A stretch of DNA of 64,000 nt from Bacteroidales bacterium (GCA_016293535.1 JAEDEB010000002.1:24724-88723); one strand, 5' to 3'; positions 54,621 to 64,000 are shown, counted from the stretch's first letter. The notes: generated by a model from the sequence alone, not told the origin. A program made the numbers and translations.

Positions 54621-57600
54621 TTAGAATGAGAGCTTTACGTCAAAACCCACGGTGGAGACTGGCGGCATTCCGCCATACTCTATGCCCTGGGCGTTGCCGG
54701 AAGAAACTGCAGCCTCCGGGTCTATGCCCTTAGGCGTTTTCTGGTAGAGGATTGCGAGGTTGCGTCCCACGAGGGAAACCCTTACATCGCTCAGAGGAAG
54801 TTTTGTGAGATACTTCTTAGGGATGGAATACCCTACAGAGACCTCACGGAGTTTGATGTATGACGCGTCGAAGACATTCCTGGAATCCCAGCTTCCGAAC
54901 TGATATCTAGGATTGACGAACATCTCGCACTTGCTGCCGTCCTCGAAGACTGCATCATCCCACTGGAAACCGAAGGAGGCCTTCTTGGCGCTTTCGCCGA
55001 GTATTACGCTGCTGAGGTAGTATTCCTCACGGCCTGCATAGGTGGCAGCCACGACACCGGCTGTGGTCGCCCTGTTCCATGTTCCGGAATAGAGAACTCC
55101 ACCGATGCGGGCATCTATCTGGAAGTTCACGCTGACTCCGAAAATGTTGAAGGAGTTGATGAAACTGCCCGTCCACTTAGGCTCCACGACGCCAAGTTCC
55201 TGCATATTGTCGGTAACGAGAGGCTTCCCGTCCGCATCAACTATCATACTGCCGTTTTCATCTCTCAATACATCCCTGCCCCTGAGAACTCCGTAAGGAC
55301 GGCCTTCCTCAAGGTTGATTGTGACATTGGAAGACTTGAGTATGCTGACTGTCGGAGACTCGTCGGAAACCTTGACGACCTTGGAACGGTTCATGGCGTA
55401 ATTGACCGTGAAGTTCCACTTGAAGTTCCTTACACTTACCGGATTGGCGTTGAACACAAGCTCAAAACCCTGGTTGTTGATCTGACCGGCATTGAGGTAG
55501 CGCCTGCTGTAGCCGCTGGATGAGGAAAGGGTCACGCTGGTGATGAGGTCGTAGGACTTGGAGTTGTAGTAGGTAAGATCTACTCCGAGTCTGTTGTTGA
55601 GGAAGCTGACCTCTGCGCCCACCTCGAGGGAGCGTGTCTGCTCCGGCTTGAGTTCAGGGTTGTTCAGAGTCGTACTTATGCTCTGGAGCGGCTGTCCGTT
55701 GTAAAGAGCCGAGTAGGCGAAGGTCTGGCCCGTGCGGTATGGGCTCGTATCCGCTCCCGCATATGCATAGGATGCACGTATCTTACCGAAGGAAACTATC
55801 CTCTTGTTAATTTTGAAAGCGTCGGAGAATACGAAGCTTCCTCCGATGGAAGGATAAAAATATGAGCAGTTCTGTACAGGGAGGGTGCTGGACCAGTCGT
55901 TCCTCGCCGTAAAGTCAACGAACAGCCAATTGTAGAGGCCCAGCGAAGCCGAACCATAGACAGAGTGTATGCGCTTCTCACTCTTTGTCTGGCTAACTAC
56001 CGGATATTCTCCCGAGTTGGATATATTTTGGAATCCTGCGACCAGGAGACTGGTGATTTCCTGAGTCTGTTTCTCGGAGAACCTGTAATAGGTGCTGCCT
56101 CCCACGAGGGCGCTGAGAGAAAATATGTCGCCAAAGTTATGCTCATACCTTACGTGACCCGAGAACTCATCCGAGAGATATCTCGTGCTCCAGTTCTCCA
56201 TGGAACCGTCGAGGTCGGAACGTGCTCCCATATTGGAGAACTCTGTTCCTGACCACCCGTAGTAGTCGACACCGGCCTTGGCCTGAACCACGAGTCCCGG
56301 GATGATTTTCGCCTCGAGAACCGCTGAACCCGTAACACGGTCACGCACGTCACCGTTGGTGTTTTCGTATATGTTCCAGTAAGGGTTGTATCCGCGCTCT
56401 CCGATAGGAATCATCTCTTTGCCATACTCGTCCTTGTAGTGTTTCATTGTCTCGACTGTAATGTCCCTCGGAAGGGTCACGAAGGCATAGATCGGGTTCC
56501 TGTCGGAGCCGTTCATATACTGGCGGTTCTTCACTGCCTCCCTCGTATAGGTAAGTTTTGAGTCGAGAGTGAGGAACTTGAATATGGTGTTGAACAAACG
56601 TGCGTTGAAGACGTTCTTGTTGGACTCGTTGATCCCGTGTACAACGCTGTTGGTAAGCACGTTGGTATACGACACGCGGAAATTGTTCTCCTTGCTTCCG
56701 CCATCGATGGTGAAGGAGTTGGAGTATTTGTGCGCGGTAGAGTAGAAATCCTTCACGTTCTCTGGATGGGCAGAGTGGGTGGTCGGAAGGCCGTCATGGC
56801 CGATGATAGGCTGGTCCCAAAGAGGTGCGCCCCAGCTGCGGAGCTTGGCTCCCGCCTTGTCGTTGTAACCGGTGAGGTCGGGAACGGTTGCATTGGTTCT
56901 GTTCGAGTCCTGCGGCAGGGTATAGGTGCTGTTCTCGAGTTTGAAGTTGTTCTCGCCCGTACCCCAGCCATTCTGGTATTCCAGGAACTGGTTTATCTTT
57001 TCGAACTGGAAGTTTCCGTTGTAGCTCACCCTCACCCTGTTCTGGCTGTGCGCCTTCTTCGTGGTGATGAGTACGACTCCGTTGGCAGCGCGGGAGCCGT
57101 ACAGGGCGGCCGCGTTCGGGCCTTTCAGGATTTCGACCGACTCCACGTCGTCAGGGTTTATGTCCGCTGCAGGATTACCCATGTCAAGGGTACCGGCCCC
57201 ACCGTCGATTCCGAAGTTGGAGTCACCTGGCTGGTTCTCTATCACCATTCCGTCTATGACGAACACTGGCATCGAGTTCTCCGTAAGGGAACTTGTTCCG
57301 CGGATGACTATGCGGGATGTACCGTTGGTCACACCGGCAGGAGTCACTGCCACGCCGGCCACCTTTCCGGAAAGGGAGGCCACGAAGTCACCGGCCTTTA
57401 TCTCGTTCATCATTTCCGTATCCACGCTCTGGCGGGAATAATTGAGGCTCTTTGCCTCGCGGGAAATTCCGAGGGCGGTCACCACCACGGCATCAAGCTG
57501 GGCAGCGTCCGGATCGAGGTAAATCTTGGCTGCGGCGGAAGGTCTGGCCGGTGCCTTGTATTCAACGTAACCGATGTTGGTCACTACTATCTCCATTGCA

Positions 57601-57815
57601 GATGCCGGAAGTTCAACGGAGAATTCTCCGTTGACGTCTGAGGCGACTCCGGTAAGAATCTTGCCTTTGCCGTCGTTCACGACGATGGAAGCACCGATGA
57701 CAGGCTGCCCGTCGCTATTGTCAATCACCGTTCCCTTGAAGGTGCGGTTCTGCGCAAATGCTGCCACAACCGAAAGGAACAATATGGTCAATGTGGTTGT
57801 TATTATTTTTTTCAT
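54621..57815 (-). CDS. SusC/RagA family TonB-linked outer-membrane protein
   Basis: Start taken at MKKIITTTLTILFLSVVAAFAQ (Met10). Carboxypeptidase-regulatory-like N-domain (FKGTVIDNSDGQPVIGASIVV), a plug region and a ~22-strand barrel ending ...GFDVKLSF. No N-terminal STN extension. Confidence 0.95.
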   Translation of the reverse strand: MKKIITTTLTILFLSVVAAFAQNRTFKGTVIDNSDGQPVIGASIVVNDGKGKILTGVASDVNGEFSVELPASAMEIVVTNIGYVEYKAPARPSAAAKIYLDPDAAQLDAVVVTALGISREAKSLNYSRQSVDTEMMNEIKAGDFVASLSGKVAGVAVTPAGVTNGTSRIVIRGTSSLTENSMPVFVIDGMVIENQPGDSNFGIDGGAGTLDMGNPAADINPDDVESVEILKGPNAAALYGSRAANGVVLITTKKAHSQNRVRVSYNGNFQFEKINQFLEYQNGWGTGENNFKLENSTYTLPQDSNRTNATVPDLTGYNDKAGAKLRSWGAPLWDQPIIGHDGLPTTHSAHPENVKDFYSTAHKYSNSFTIDGGSKENNFRVSYTNVLTNSVVHGINESNKNVFNARLFNTIFKFLTLDSKLTYTREAVKNRQYMNGSDRNPIYAFVTLPRDITVETMKHYKDEYGKEMIPIGERGYNPYWNIYENTNGDVRDRVTGSAVLEAKIIPGLVVQAKAGVDYYGWSGTEFSNMGARSDLDGSMENWSTRYLSDEFSGHVRYEHNFGDIFSLSALVGGSTYYRFSEKQTQEITSLLVAGFQNISNSGEYPVVSQTKSEKRIHSVYGSASLGLYNWLFVDFTARNDWSSTLPVQNCSYFYPSIGGSFVFSDAFKINKRIVSFGKIRASYAYAGADTSPYRTGQTFAYSALYNGQPLQSISTTLNNPELKPEQTRSLEVGAEVSFLNNRLGVDLTYYNSKSYDLITSVTLSSSSGYSRRYLNAGQINNQGFELVFNANPVSVRNFKWNFTVNYAMNRSKVVKVSDESPTVSILKSSNVTINLEEGRPYGVLRGRDVLRDENGSMIVDADGKPLVTDNMQELGVVEPKWTGSFINSFNIFGVSVNFQIDARIGGVLYSGTWNRATTAGVVAATYAGREEYYLSSVILGESAKKASFGFQWDDAVFEDGSKCEMFVNPRYQFGSWDSRNVFDASYIKLREVSVGYSIPKKYLTKLPLSDVRVSLVGRNLAILYQKTPKGIDPEAAVSSGNAQGIEYGGMPPVSTVGFDVKLSF

Positions 57816-57825
57816 AGCCTGGTCA

Positions 57826-59241
57826 TTAGTATTCCTCTGCATCCTCCGTGAAGTATTCCAGTCTCACCGATGCAAGCCTGAACTCTCCCTGTGCAGTTGT
57901 CATGAACTTGAAGTACTTGTAGTCTCCCGACGAAAGGTTCCACTGATAGTTCTTGTTGTCTATCATTATACCTGGGAGTTTCACCCAATCGTCCGTTGCC
58001 CCTGTCCTTCCATAGCCTTCGTACATTGCGATGTCCTTGGCACCAGAAGACGTCATAAGGTGAACCAGTCGTATTCCCTTCTCGAAAGGCGTTACGTTGT
58101 AGAGATAACCGACCTTTGAGGAACTCCAAACAGCGTAAGGAGGGGTCTTTGAAGGCTTTGCCTGAAGATATAAATCCTCCCATTCCACTTTATTCACCGT
58201 AAAGCGTTCAGGATCTGCATTGGCAACGTCAGTCAGTCCTCCCGCCAGCATCTCGGCAAAGGTCATGGTGTATTCTTCATAAGCCCTCGGCCTGGCATAC
58301 ACGTACTCTACAGGTCCGAGACTGAGGGTGGAACCGTCTATGATGTTGAGAACATATTCAACTGAATAGCGTCCATACTCCAGACCTTCGACATAGGCAG
58401 TGAAAGTACGCTTGGCGCATTCTGCAGTGACACGGGAAACTTCCTTGCCCTGCTTGTCATATACCACAAGATTTGCTGAGCTGACTGTCCTGTCCTCTCC
58501 GTCGTATGTGGCCTGAACCGTCCATTTTCCACCTTCATCAAAAGTGATTTCCTTCGGAACTATGGTCTCTGGAACCGGAAGCAGATTTAGCTTTCCCTTT
58601 TCCGAAGTGATGGTCTCGCCATTATAAAGGAGCATATCGACGGCACATTCATAAAGGTCCTGTACCCACTCGGAAAGAATGAATACGGCCTTTACGGTTC
58701 CGTCGACACACCTTACCTCGGGAACCGCTTCAATCTTGCGGCCCTCCGAATCGAACATCAGGAGGGTCACCTCGCTCACGAATTCTTCAGACCCACTGAA
58801 AGAGATGGTGAGAATCTTGGAAGTGAGAGTGGTCTGGGTGGAAAATTCAAAATCGCAAGGAAGACAATAATCTATCGTTTCCTTTCCGGAAGTCAGACGA
58901 TTCTCGCCCTTGGTAGTGAGAAGAAATGCACACTCATAGACCTTGCCGAACTCAAGGTCCGAGAGGGTTGCCGATGCTTTGCCCCCAACGATTCCTGCCG
59001 GAACTGTCAGGGTGTCGCCGGATTCGGCATCCATAATCATGAATTCGGCAGAAGCCACTCCGGAGTCTTCTCCATTGTAGTGTGCCGTCAGATGAACGGA
59101 CAAATCGGATACGTCGATGTCCGGTTTCTCAATCACGACCTCCGAAGGTGCCCAGTAGCTTGCCTTTCCATCATCCTTGTTGCAGGAAATGCAGAAAGCC
59201 AGAGCCGACAGAGTCGTGGCGATCAATAAAAAACGTTTCAT
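57826..59241 (-). CDS. Surface lipoprotein with three tandem Ig-like repeats and a C-terminal putative carbohydrate-binding domain
   Basis: Start taken at MKRFLLIATTLSALAFCISC followed by NKDDG (acidic post-Cys motif). Three ~90-aa repeats share Y(N/D)GED..V.SA...(M/V/Y)D..G. The last ~145 aa form a distinct domain. Confidence 0.5.
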   Translation of the reverse strand: MKRFLLIATTLSALAFCISCNKDDGKASYWAPSEVVIEKPDIDVSDLSVHLTAHYNGEDSGVASAEFMIMDAESGDTLTVPAGIVGGKASATLSDLEFGKVYECAFLLTTKGENRLTSGKETIDYCLPCDFEFSTQTTLTSKILTISFSGSEEFVSEVTLLMFDSEGRKIEAVPEVRCVDGTVKAVFILSEWVQDLYECAVDMLLYNGETITSEKGKLNLLPVPETIVPKEITFDEGGKWTVQATYDGEDRTVSSANLVVYDKQGKEVSRVTAECAKRTFTAYVEGLEYGRYSVEYVLNIIDGSTLSLGPVEYVYARPRAYEEYTMTFAEMLAGGLTDVANADPERFTVNKVEWEDLYLQAKPSKTPPYAVWSSSKVGYLYNVTPFEKGIRLVHLMTSSGAKDIAMYEGYGRTGATDDWVKLPGIMIDNKNYQWNLSSGDYKYFKFMTTAQGEFRLASVRLEYFTEDAEEY

Positions 59242-59264
59242 AATATTGGTTATAAGTAAAGTTG

Positions 59265-60617
59265 TCACGGTTGTACAGGCATTGTGGAAGACAGGGGACT
59301 CTCGCCTCGCAACATTGCTCCAGCCTGACCCACAAGCCACATATAGCGGTCTGAAGGAACTCCCTCATAGGTCAGGAAAGGACTGTCGCCGACAGGGACC
59401 TTGTTGGAGCATTTGAATATTGCCGTGCCCTCGTCAATCTCATCGAACATGGCCACATAAAGGCACTTGGCGCCCGACTTTACGTTGAAGTACATCTGGC
59501 TCCAGAGGAATCTGCCCTCGAGGCGTGGTATCTTGTTAATCGGGGACTCCCCTTCCTTGAGATTGTACCAGCTGAAGCCCGGGAAGACTGTAGGGATGTA
59601 GCAGAGCCCATAGTTGCGGCACCAGGCCAAATCCTGCTGAATGAGGGACTGGTAGTTCTTGAAGGAATCGAAGTCATAGCGGCCAACGAACCACGGATGG
59701 ACAACGTCAGCCTTCCTTATCACTTCGAGAAGATTAGGATCTTCGACAGCGTCGGAAGTAAGAGTCCTCCACTTGGCCGGAACGCCAAGCAGCACCGAGC
59801 ATCCCAGTTCGCGAAGATGGTCCACTATTTTCTCACATTCCGCGAGGTCATAGGCTCTGCCACTATCGGAGAATCCCACACCCCACACTGCCACAAGCGG
59901 CTTTCCGTTATGGTGAAGATATGTGCTCTTCTCCCCCTCGGCAATTTTCTTTTTGAGAATAAGGTCGTCGATGTCGTCGATCAGATAACTGCTGTCCCCG
60001 GCCTTCATTCCGGAAAGGTCATACATCACGCAGACAGCGCGTCCATAGGTCCGCGCCGCATCCACGCAGTTGAGCAGTATATTGGTGGAATTGACGGACT
60101 TGGAAGAAGACTTCAGGTTTGTCACGAAACGCTGGACGAAGGCCCCATCGATTCCGTACTGTTTCATCCACTTGAAATGCAGTCTGGTAGTGGAAGGATC
60201 TGCCGAACTGAAGACATAGGCAGGAGAACCGTCCGAATATGAGAATTCCGTTTCATAGACTTTGTTATAATCCGAAACGTCCGGCCAGAGATCGATGCTG
60301 CATTTGCCCGGACGGAACTCTCCGTTCTTCTCATAATGCTTCCATTTTAGACCGGCCCCGTCGCCCGGAGCATTGAACCAGCCCTGATAACCCGTCATGA
60401 CAAGTCCTTCGAGAGAAGAGTATATATGCGGATCGGCAGCTTTGTCCTCATCTTTGCCGGCGGAACCGCTGTCTCCTCCTGACTGGTTTTCCTCATTCTC
60501 GGCCGGGACGTTTACGGAGCCGCTGCCGGGTGACAGAGGAGCACAGGCGGAAAGCAGGGTCAAAAGAGCCGTAAAAGCTGCAAGAAGGTTCATATCAAAG
60601 TGTTTCAAGTCTTTCAA
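59265..60617 (-). CDS. Putative glycoside hydrolase lipoprotein (TIM-barrel-like, family unassigned)
   Basis: 450 aa with lipobox LSAC and a Ser/Gly/Asp-rich linker. Then TGYQGWFNAPGDG..KWKHY...DLWPDVSDY...HFKWMKQYGIDGAFVQRF, a block I associate with Bacteroidota PUL-encoded putative glycosidases. Confidence 0.4.
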   Translation of the reverse strand: MKDLKHFDMNLLAAFTALLTLLSACAPLSPGSGSVNVPAENEENQSGGDSGSAGKDEDKAADPHIYSSLEGLVMTGYQGWFNAPGDGAGLKWKHYEKNGEFRPGKCSIDLWPDVSDYNKVYETEFSYSDGSPAYVFSSADPSTTRLHFKWMKQYGIDGAFVQRFVTNLKSSSKSVNSTNILLNCVDAARTYGRAVCVMYDLSGMKAGDSSYLIDDIDDLILKKKIAEGEKSTYLHHNGKPLVAVWGVGFSDSGRAYDLAECEKIVDHLRELGCSVLLGVPAKWRTLTSDAVEDPNLLEVIRKADVVHPWFVGRYDFDSFKNYQSLIQQDLAWCRNYGLCYIPTVFPGFSWYNLKEGESPINKIPRLEGRFLWSQMYFNVKSGAKCLYVAMFDEIDEGTAIFKCSNKVPVGDSPFLTYEGVPSDRYMWLVGQAGAMLRGESPLSSTMPVQP

Positions 60618-61521
60618 ACTCTTCTATCGAATAATACTTGTAGGAATGGCTTCCATCTTCGGAAACCTTCCAGACTGCCACTCCTGAATAGCCTTTGCCC
60701 AACGGACGCCCCACCGGACCGACGGTCACCATGTCTATCCCCTGATGGCGCGAGAACTTATTGTCGTGGAGATGACCGGCAATCACACAGTCGACCCCGT
60801 TGCTACTGAAGAGATTCCAGTATTTCTCCCTGACCTCGGGAAGCTGGTTGGAATAGGAAGTCGCTTCTGTAAAAGAGTTGAGGAAGAAGGAATGGTGCCC
60901 GAGAACGAAGGTACACCTGCTGTCCGAAGCCTTCGCGAGTTCTGACTCGAGCCACTCCCACTGCTCCTGTTCCCGGGCCTGGTTGGCATCCTTGATAATG
61001 CAGGTATTGATGCCTATGAAGCTGCATCCTTTGTGGGTGAAGGAAAAGCGATCGTAACCGTATCTTGCAATGTATCTGTCCACCTTAGCATCGGTGCTGC
61101 CACCGCCTATGTCGTGATTGCCCGGAAGGAGCCAGCAAGTGACACGGCGGTCTATTCTGCCCAGAAGGGTCTTGAAGCATTCCAGCTGGGCTGCTTTGGT
61201 GGACGCATTGACATGGTCACCCGTGAATACCACAAAGTCGGGCCTCAGGGAGTTTATCTTGATGATTGCACGGGCAAGAAGGGCGCTGTCCGCGCTCTGG
61301 TCCGCATTGTCGCTTATGAATCCAAGCTGAGGGTCGGCCAGCTGTACAAAGGAGAACGCCTTGCCCTTGGGGAGCTCCACAGGAGCTTCGCCGACATTTC
61401 CCGAAGGTGCAGGCTGGGTCGTCACCTTCCTTGTGGAACAACAGGAGGAAAATGACGACAAAAAAAGCAACGCGACTGCAATGGCGCAGCCGGAAATAGT
61501 GATTTTTCGTATCCCGTTCAT
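60595..61521 (-). CDS. Metallophosphoesterase lipoprotein
   Basis: Start taken at MNGIRKITISGCAIAVALLFLSSFSSC (Met34). MPP motifs LADPQLG, FTGDHVN, PGNHDIGG, LGHHS and AGHLH. Confidence 0.8.
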   Translation of the reverse strand: MNGIRKITISGCAIAVALLFLSSFSSCCSTRKVTTQPAPSGNVGEAPVELPKGKAFSFVQLADPQLGFISDNADQSADSALLARAIIKINSLRPDFVVFTGDHVNASTKAAQLECFKTLLGRIDRRVTCWLLPGNHDIGGGSTDAKVDRYIARYGYDRFSFTHKGCSFIGINTCIIKDANQAREQEQWEWLESELAKASDSRCTFVLGHHSFFLNSFTEATSYSNQLPEVREKYWNLFSSNGVDCVIAGHLHDNKFSRHQGIDMVTVGPVGRPLGKGYSGVAVWKVSEDGSHSYKYYSIEEFERLETL

Positions 61522-61535
61522 AAATAAAACAATTC

Positions 61536-61549
61536 TCAGATCCGAACGG
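61536..61549. repeat. 14-nt direct repeat copy 1 (TCAGATCCGAACGG) in the divergent promoter region
   Basis: Exact copy of the sequence at about 61678-61691. Lies 15-28 nt upstream of the minus-strand phosphoesterase start. Confidence 0.7.
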
Positions 61550-61677
61550 GACTGGACAAAAGTATCTGAAATAGCTTTAAAAACAAAGAAAAAATACGGA
61601 AGATTTATAAAAAATATCACCCATTAATACGACCGTTAATATAAAACTATTGACGTTAGTATAACTTCGCTTCAAAT

Positions 61678-61691
61678 TCAGATCCGAACGG
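61678..61691. repeat. 14-nt direct repeat copy 2 (TCAGATCCGAACGG)
   Basis: Exact copy of the sequence at 61536-61549. Lies about 24-37 nt upstream of the plus-strand histidine phosphatase ATG. Confidence 0.7.
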
Positions 61692-61714
61692 TACAGAACT
61701 AAATTCCGTACACC

Positions 61715-63025
61715 ATGAAAAGAAATCACGCATTTGCTTCTCTGGCCGCCGCTCTTTGCGCAGCCATTTGCCTGAGTGTATCCGGCCTGGCCCAGACAAG
61801 GCCTCAGGTTTCTGCCAGGGAACTTCTGAAGGAAGACCCCACCCGGGCAGGAAACCTCCACCACAGCTACGAATGCCTCGAAGGGGAAAACACTGCAGCC
61901 CCTGAGGGATATTCCGCCTTCTATGTGAGTCATTTCGGCAGACACGGCAGCCGCTACCTCAGCAGCGCCCGCGAGCTTGAGCCTGCAATGGAGGCGCTCG
62001 AATTCATGAAGGAGAAGAATCTTCTGACCAAAAAGGGAGAGGAACTGTATCAGGACTACCGCAAACTTGTGAAGGCGCACGAAGGAATGCACGGAATGCT
62101 CACCCAGAAGGGCGGCAGGGAACACAGGGAAATCGCAGCCAGACTTTACGCGAGGGTACCCGAGGTTTTCAACCAGAGCGGCAGAGACAGCGTGACCTGC
62201 GTATCCACCCAGGTTCACAGATGCATCCAGAGCATGGCCAACTTCACACTCTCACTCAAGGAATGCGCCCCGGAACTGAAAGTTGCCTATTACGCAGGAG
62301 ACAGATACAAGAGTTACCTCAACCGGGACACTGATGACAGCGAGTGCATCAGCGCAGCAAAGAAAGTCGAGGACGAAGCCCTCAAGGAGGAGTTCAACTG
62401 CGACAGGCTTGTTTCCATATATTTCAGGAGTCTGGTCGACGGCAGGATAGGAAAGCAGAGACCGCAGAAATTCTTCTACTATATCTTCAAGACCGGAGCA
62501 ATCAGCCAATGTCTGGACGGTGACGCCCCGGACTTCCTCTCGCGATTCACCGGCGAAGAACTCTACCAGTTGTGGAGAATCAACAACATACGCTGCTATG
62601 CAAGCATGTGCAACTCCATAGAGAGCAAAGGCGTGAGAAATGAACGCGCCGCCTACATCCTGAAGGACATAGTGGAAAAGGCTGATCTTGCACTGAAGGA
62701 GGACAGCAGGGTGGCTGCCGACCTGCGCTTCGGACATGACTCCGGCATAGGCCCTCTCATAAGCCTGCTTGCCCTGGAGGGAAATGACGCAAGGATATAT
62801 TCAAAGGATGCCTGCAAATACTGGTACTGTTTCCAGAACATCTGCATGGGCACCAATCTCCAGATCATTTTCTACAGAAACGGAGAAGGAAAGGTGCTGG
62901 TGAAATTCCTTCACAACGAAAAAGAGAGATCGGTCCCGGCTCTCACCCCTGTCAGCGGGAATTACTATTCCTGGCCTGAGGTGCGCAGCTGGATGACCGA
63001 TCTCATCCAACAGTCTCTCGACTGA
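61715..63025 (+). CDS. Histidine acid phosphatase family protein (branch 2, secreted)
   Basis: 436 aa with a signal peptide. Catalytic RHGSRY motif (FGRHGSRYL) and a downstream HD motif (RFGHDSG). Confidence 0.8.
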   Translation: MKRNHAFASLAAALCAAICLSVSGLAQTRPQVSARELLKEDPTRAGNLHHSYECLEGENTAAPEGYSAFYVSHFGRHGSRYLSSARELEPAMEALEFMKEKNLLTKKGEELYQDYRKLVKAHEGMHGMLTQKGGREHREIAARLYARVPEVFNQSGRDSVTCVSTQVHRCIQSMANFTLSLKECAPELKVAYYAGDRYKSYLNRDTDDSECISAAKKVEDEALKEEFNCDRLVSIYFRSLVDGRIGKQRPQKFFYYIFKTGAISQCLDGDAPDFLSRFTGEELYQLWRINNIRCYASMCNSIESKGVRNERAAYILKDIVEKADLALKEDSRVAADLRFGHDSGIGPLISLLALEGNDARIYSKDACKYWYCFQNICMGTNLQIIFYRNGEGKVLVKFLHNEKERSVPALTPVSGNYYSWPEVRSWMTDLIQQSLD

Positions 63026-63063
63026 GTAATCCGAAAAATGCTCCGGGCTTGAAAAATTCAGGC

Positions 63064-64000
63064 TCAGATCAGCGGCTCGGCCGTCATTGCCTCAGGCTGT
63101 GGAATGCCCATCAGCTTGAGTATGGTAGGAGCCACGTTGCACAGGGCACCGTCCTTCACCGTCTTGACCTCGTCACCTGCATTGATGACAATGAACTGGA
63201 CAGGATTGAGTGAGTGGGCGGTGTTCGGCGTTCCGTCGTCATTCACCGCATAGTCGGCGTTGCCGTGATCCGCGGTAAGAAGAACGACGTAGCCGTGGGC
63301 GACTGCAGCCTCCACAACCTTCTTCACGCAGGCGTCGACAGTCTCGACAGCCTTGCATATCGCAGGATATACTCCTGTATGTCCGACCATGTCGCCGTTC
63401 GCGAAATTCAGTATGATCATGTCCTCCTTCTCTGTCGCAATCGCATCCACGAGCTTCTCCGTTACCTCGGGAGCGCTCATCTCCGGCTTCAGGTCATAGG
63501 TTGCAACCTTCGGCGAATTGACGAGTATGCGGTCCTCGTTCTCGAACTGTGCTTCGCGTCCTCCGTTGAAGAAGAAGGTTACGTGTGCATATTTCTCCGT
63601 CTCGGCAATCCTGAGCTGGCGTTTTCCGGCCCTTGCGACCGTCTCCCCAAGGGTATCGTTGACGTTCTCCTTGTTGAAGAGTATGTGAAGCCCCTCGAAG
63701 GATGCGTCATACGGGGTGAGGCAGCAATAATAGAGAGGAATTGTGTGCATTCCCATTTCCGGCATATCCTGCTGGGTGAGGACAGCGGTGATTTCGCGTG
63801 CGCGGTCGTTGCGGAAGTTGAAGAAAATCACTGCATCGCCCTCTTCTATCTTCGCGAGGGCCTTGCCATCTGCCCCGGTGATAACGGAAGGTTTGATGAA
63901 CTCATCAGTGACATCGGCGGCATAAGAAGCCTCTATTGCTTCGGAAGCGGATGCAAACGCGGTCCCCTTGCCCTCCACGAGCATATCGTAAGCCTCCTTT
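63064..64000 (-). CDS. gpmI: 2,3-bisphosphoglycerate-independent phosphoglycerate mutase (C-terminal part; gene runs off the window)
   Basis: Conserved iPGM blocks ([33 protein letters not shown]). The reading frame stays open to the window edge. Confidence 0.9.
   Translation of the reverse strand, partial: KEAYDMLVEGKGTAFASASEAIEASYAADVTDEFIKPSVITGADGKALAKIEEGDAVIFFNFRNDRAREITAVLTQQDMPEMGMHTIPLYYCCLTPYDASFEGLHILFNKENVNDTLGETVARAGKRQLRIAETEKYAHVTFFFNGGREAQFENEDRILVNSPKVATYDLKPEMSAPEVTEKLVDAIATEKEDMIILNFANGDMVGHTGVYPAICKAVETVDACVKKVVEAAVAHGYVVLLTADHGNADYAVNDDGTPNTAHSLNPVQFIVINAGDEVKTVKDGALCNVAPTILKLMGIPQPEAMTAEPLI

Noticed and set aside
1-64000. Search for tRNA, rRNA, CRISPR arrays, riboswitches and IS elements in the intergenic gaps
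   Set aside because: All intergenic gaps are under 200 nt. None shows cloverleaf-like structure, spaced direct repeats or terminal inverted repeats, so none is reported.

Overview
This is a densely coding 64-kb chromosomal window from a Bacteroidota (Bacteroidales-like) genome. The phylum call rests on a SusC/SusD pair, DUF3575/DUF3868-type genes, many lipobox lipoproteins and TAnnTTTG promoter boxes. I call 44 CDS and found no rRNA, tRNA, CRISPR array, transposase or integrase. Gene coordinates follow the supplied ORF track, with starts moved to the first plausible signal-peptide or conserved N-terminus where stated. Motif coordinates were counted by hand and may be off by 1-2 nt.

Contents:
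1. Housekeeping genes: dnaX, recQ, dnaG, metG, ribF, xseAB, engB, prs, der, rsgA, gpmI, a polyprenyl synthase, a U32 peptidase and a MATE pump.
2. A glycogen cluster: glgB, a debranching-type enzyme, GT4, GH57 and a 1413-aa GT3 synthase fused to a GT35 phosphorylase.
3. A SusC/SusD polysaccharide utilisation locus with a GH92, two metallophosphoesterases, a histidine acid phosphatase and two unassigned putative glycosidases. A membrane-spanning LamG/kelch/winged-helix protein sits next to it.
4. The most unusual element: a five-gene, translationally coupled minus-strand operon at 14516-24361. It encodes three co-linear paralogous giant coiled-coil lipoproteins (678, 1039 and 677 aa), a DUF3575-like outer-membrane barrel and a DUF3868/OmpA-like/TPR lipoprotein, with no enzyme and no pilin. 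I propose it is an uncharacterised cell-surface fibre or adhesin system, possibly a heterotrimeric coiled-coil stalk with a leucine-rich-repeat tip.

Other points of interest include a DUF3127 OB-fold protein with a canonical SSB-type linker and DDLPF tail near recQ.
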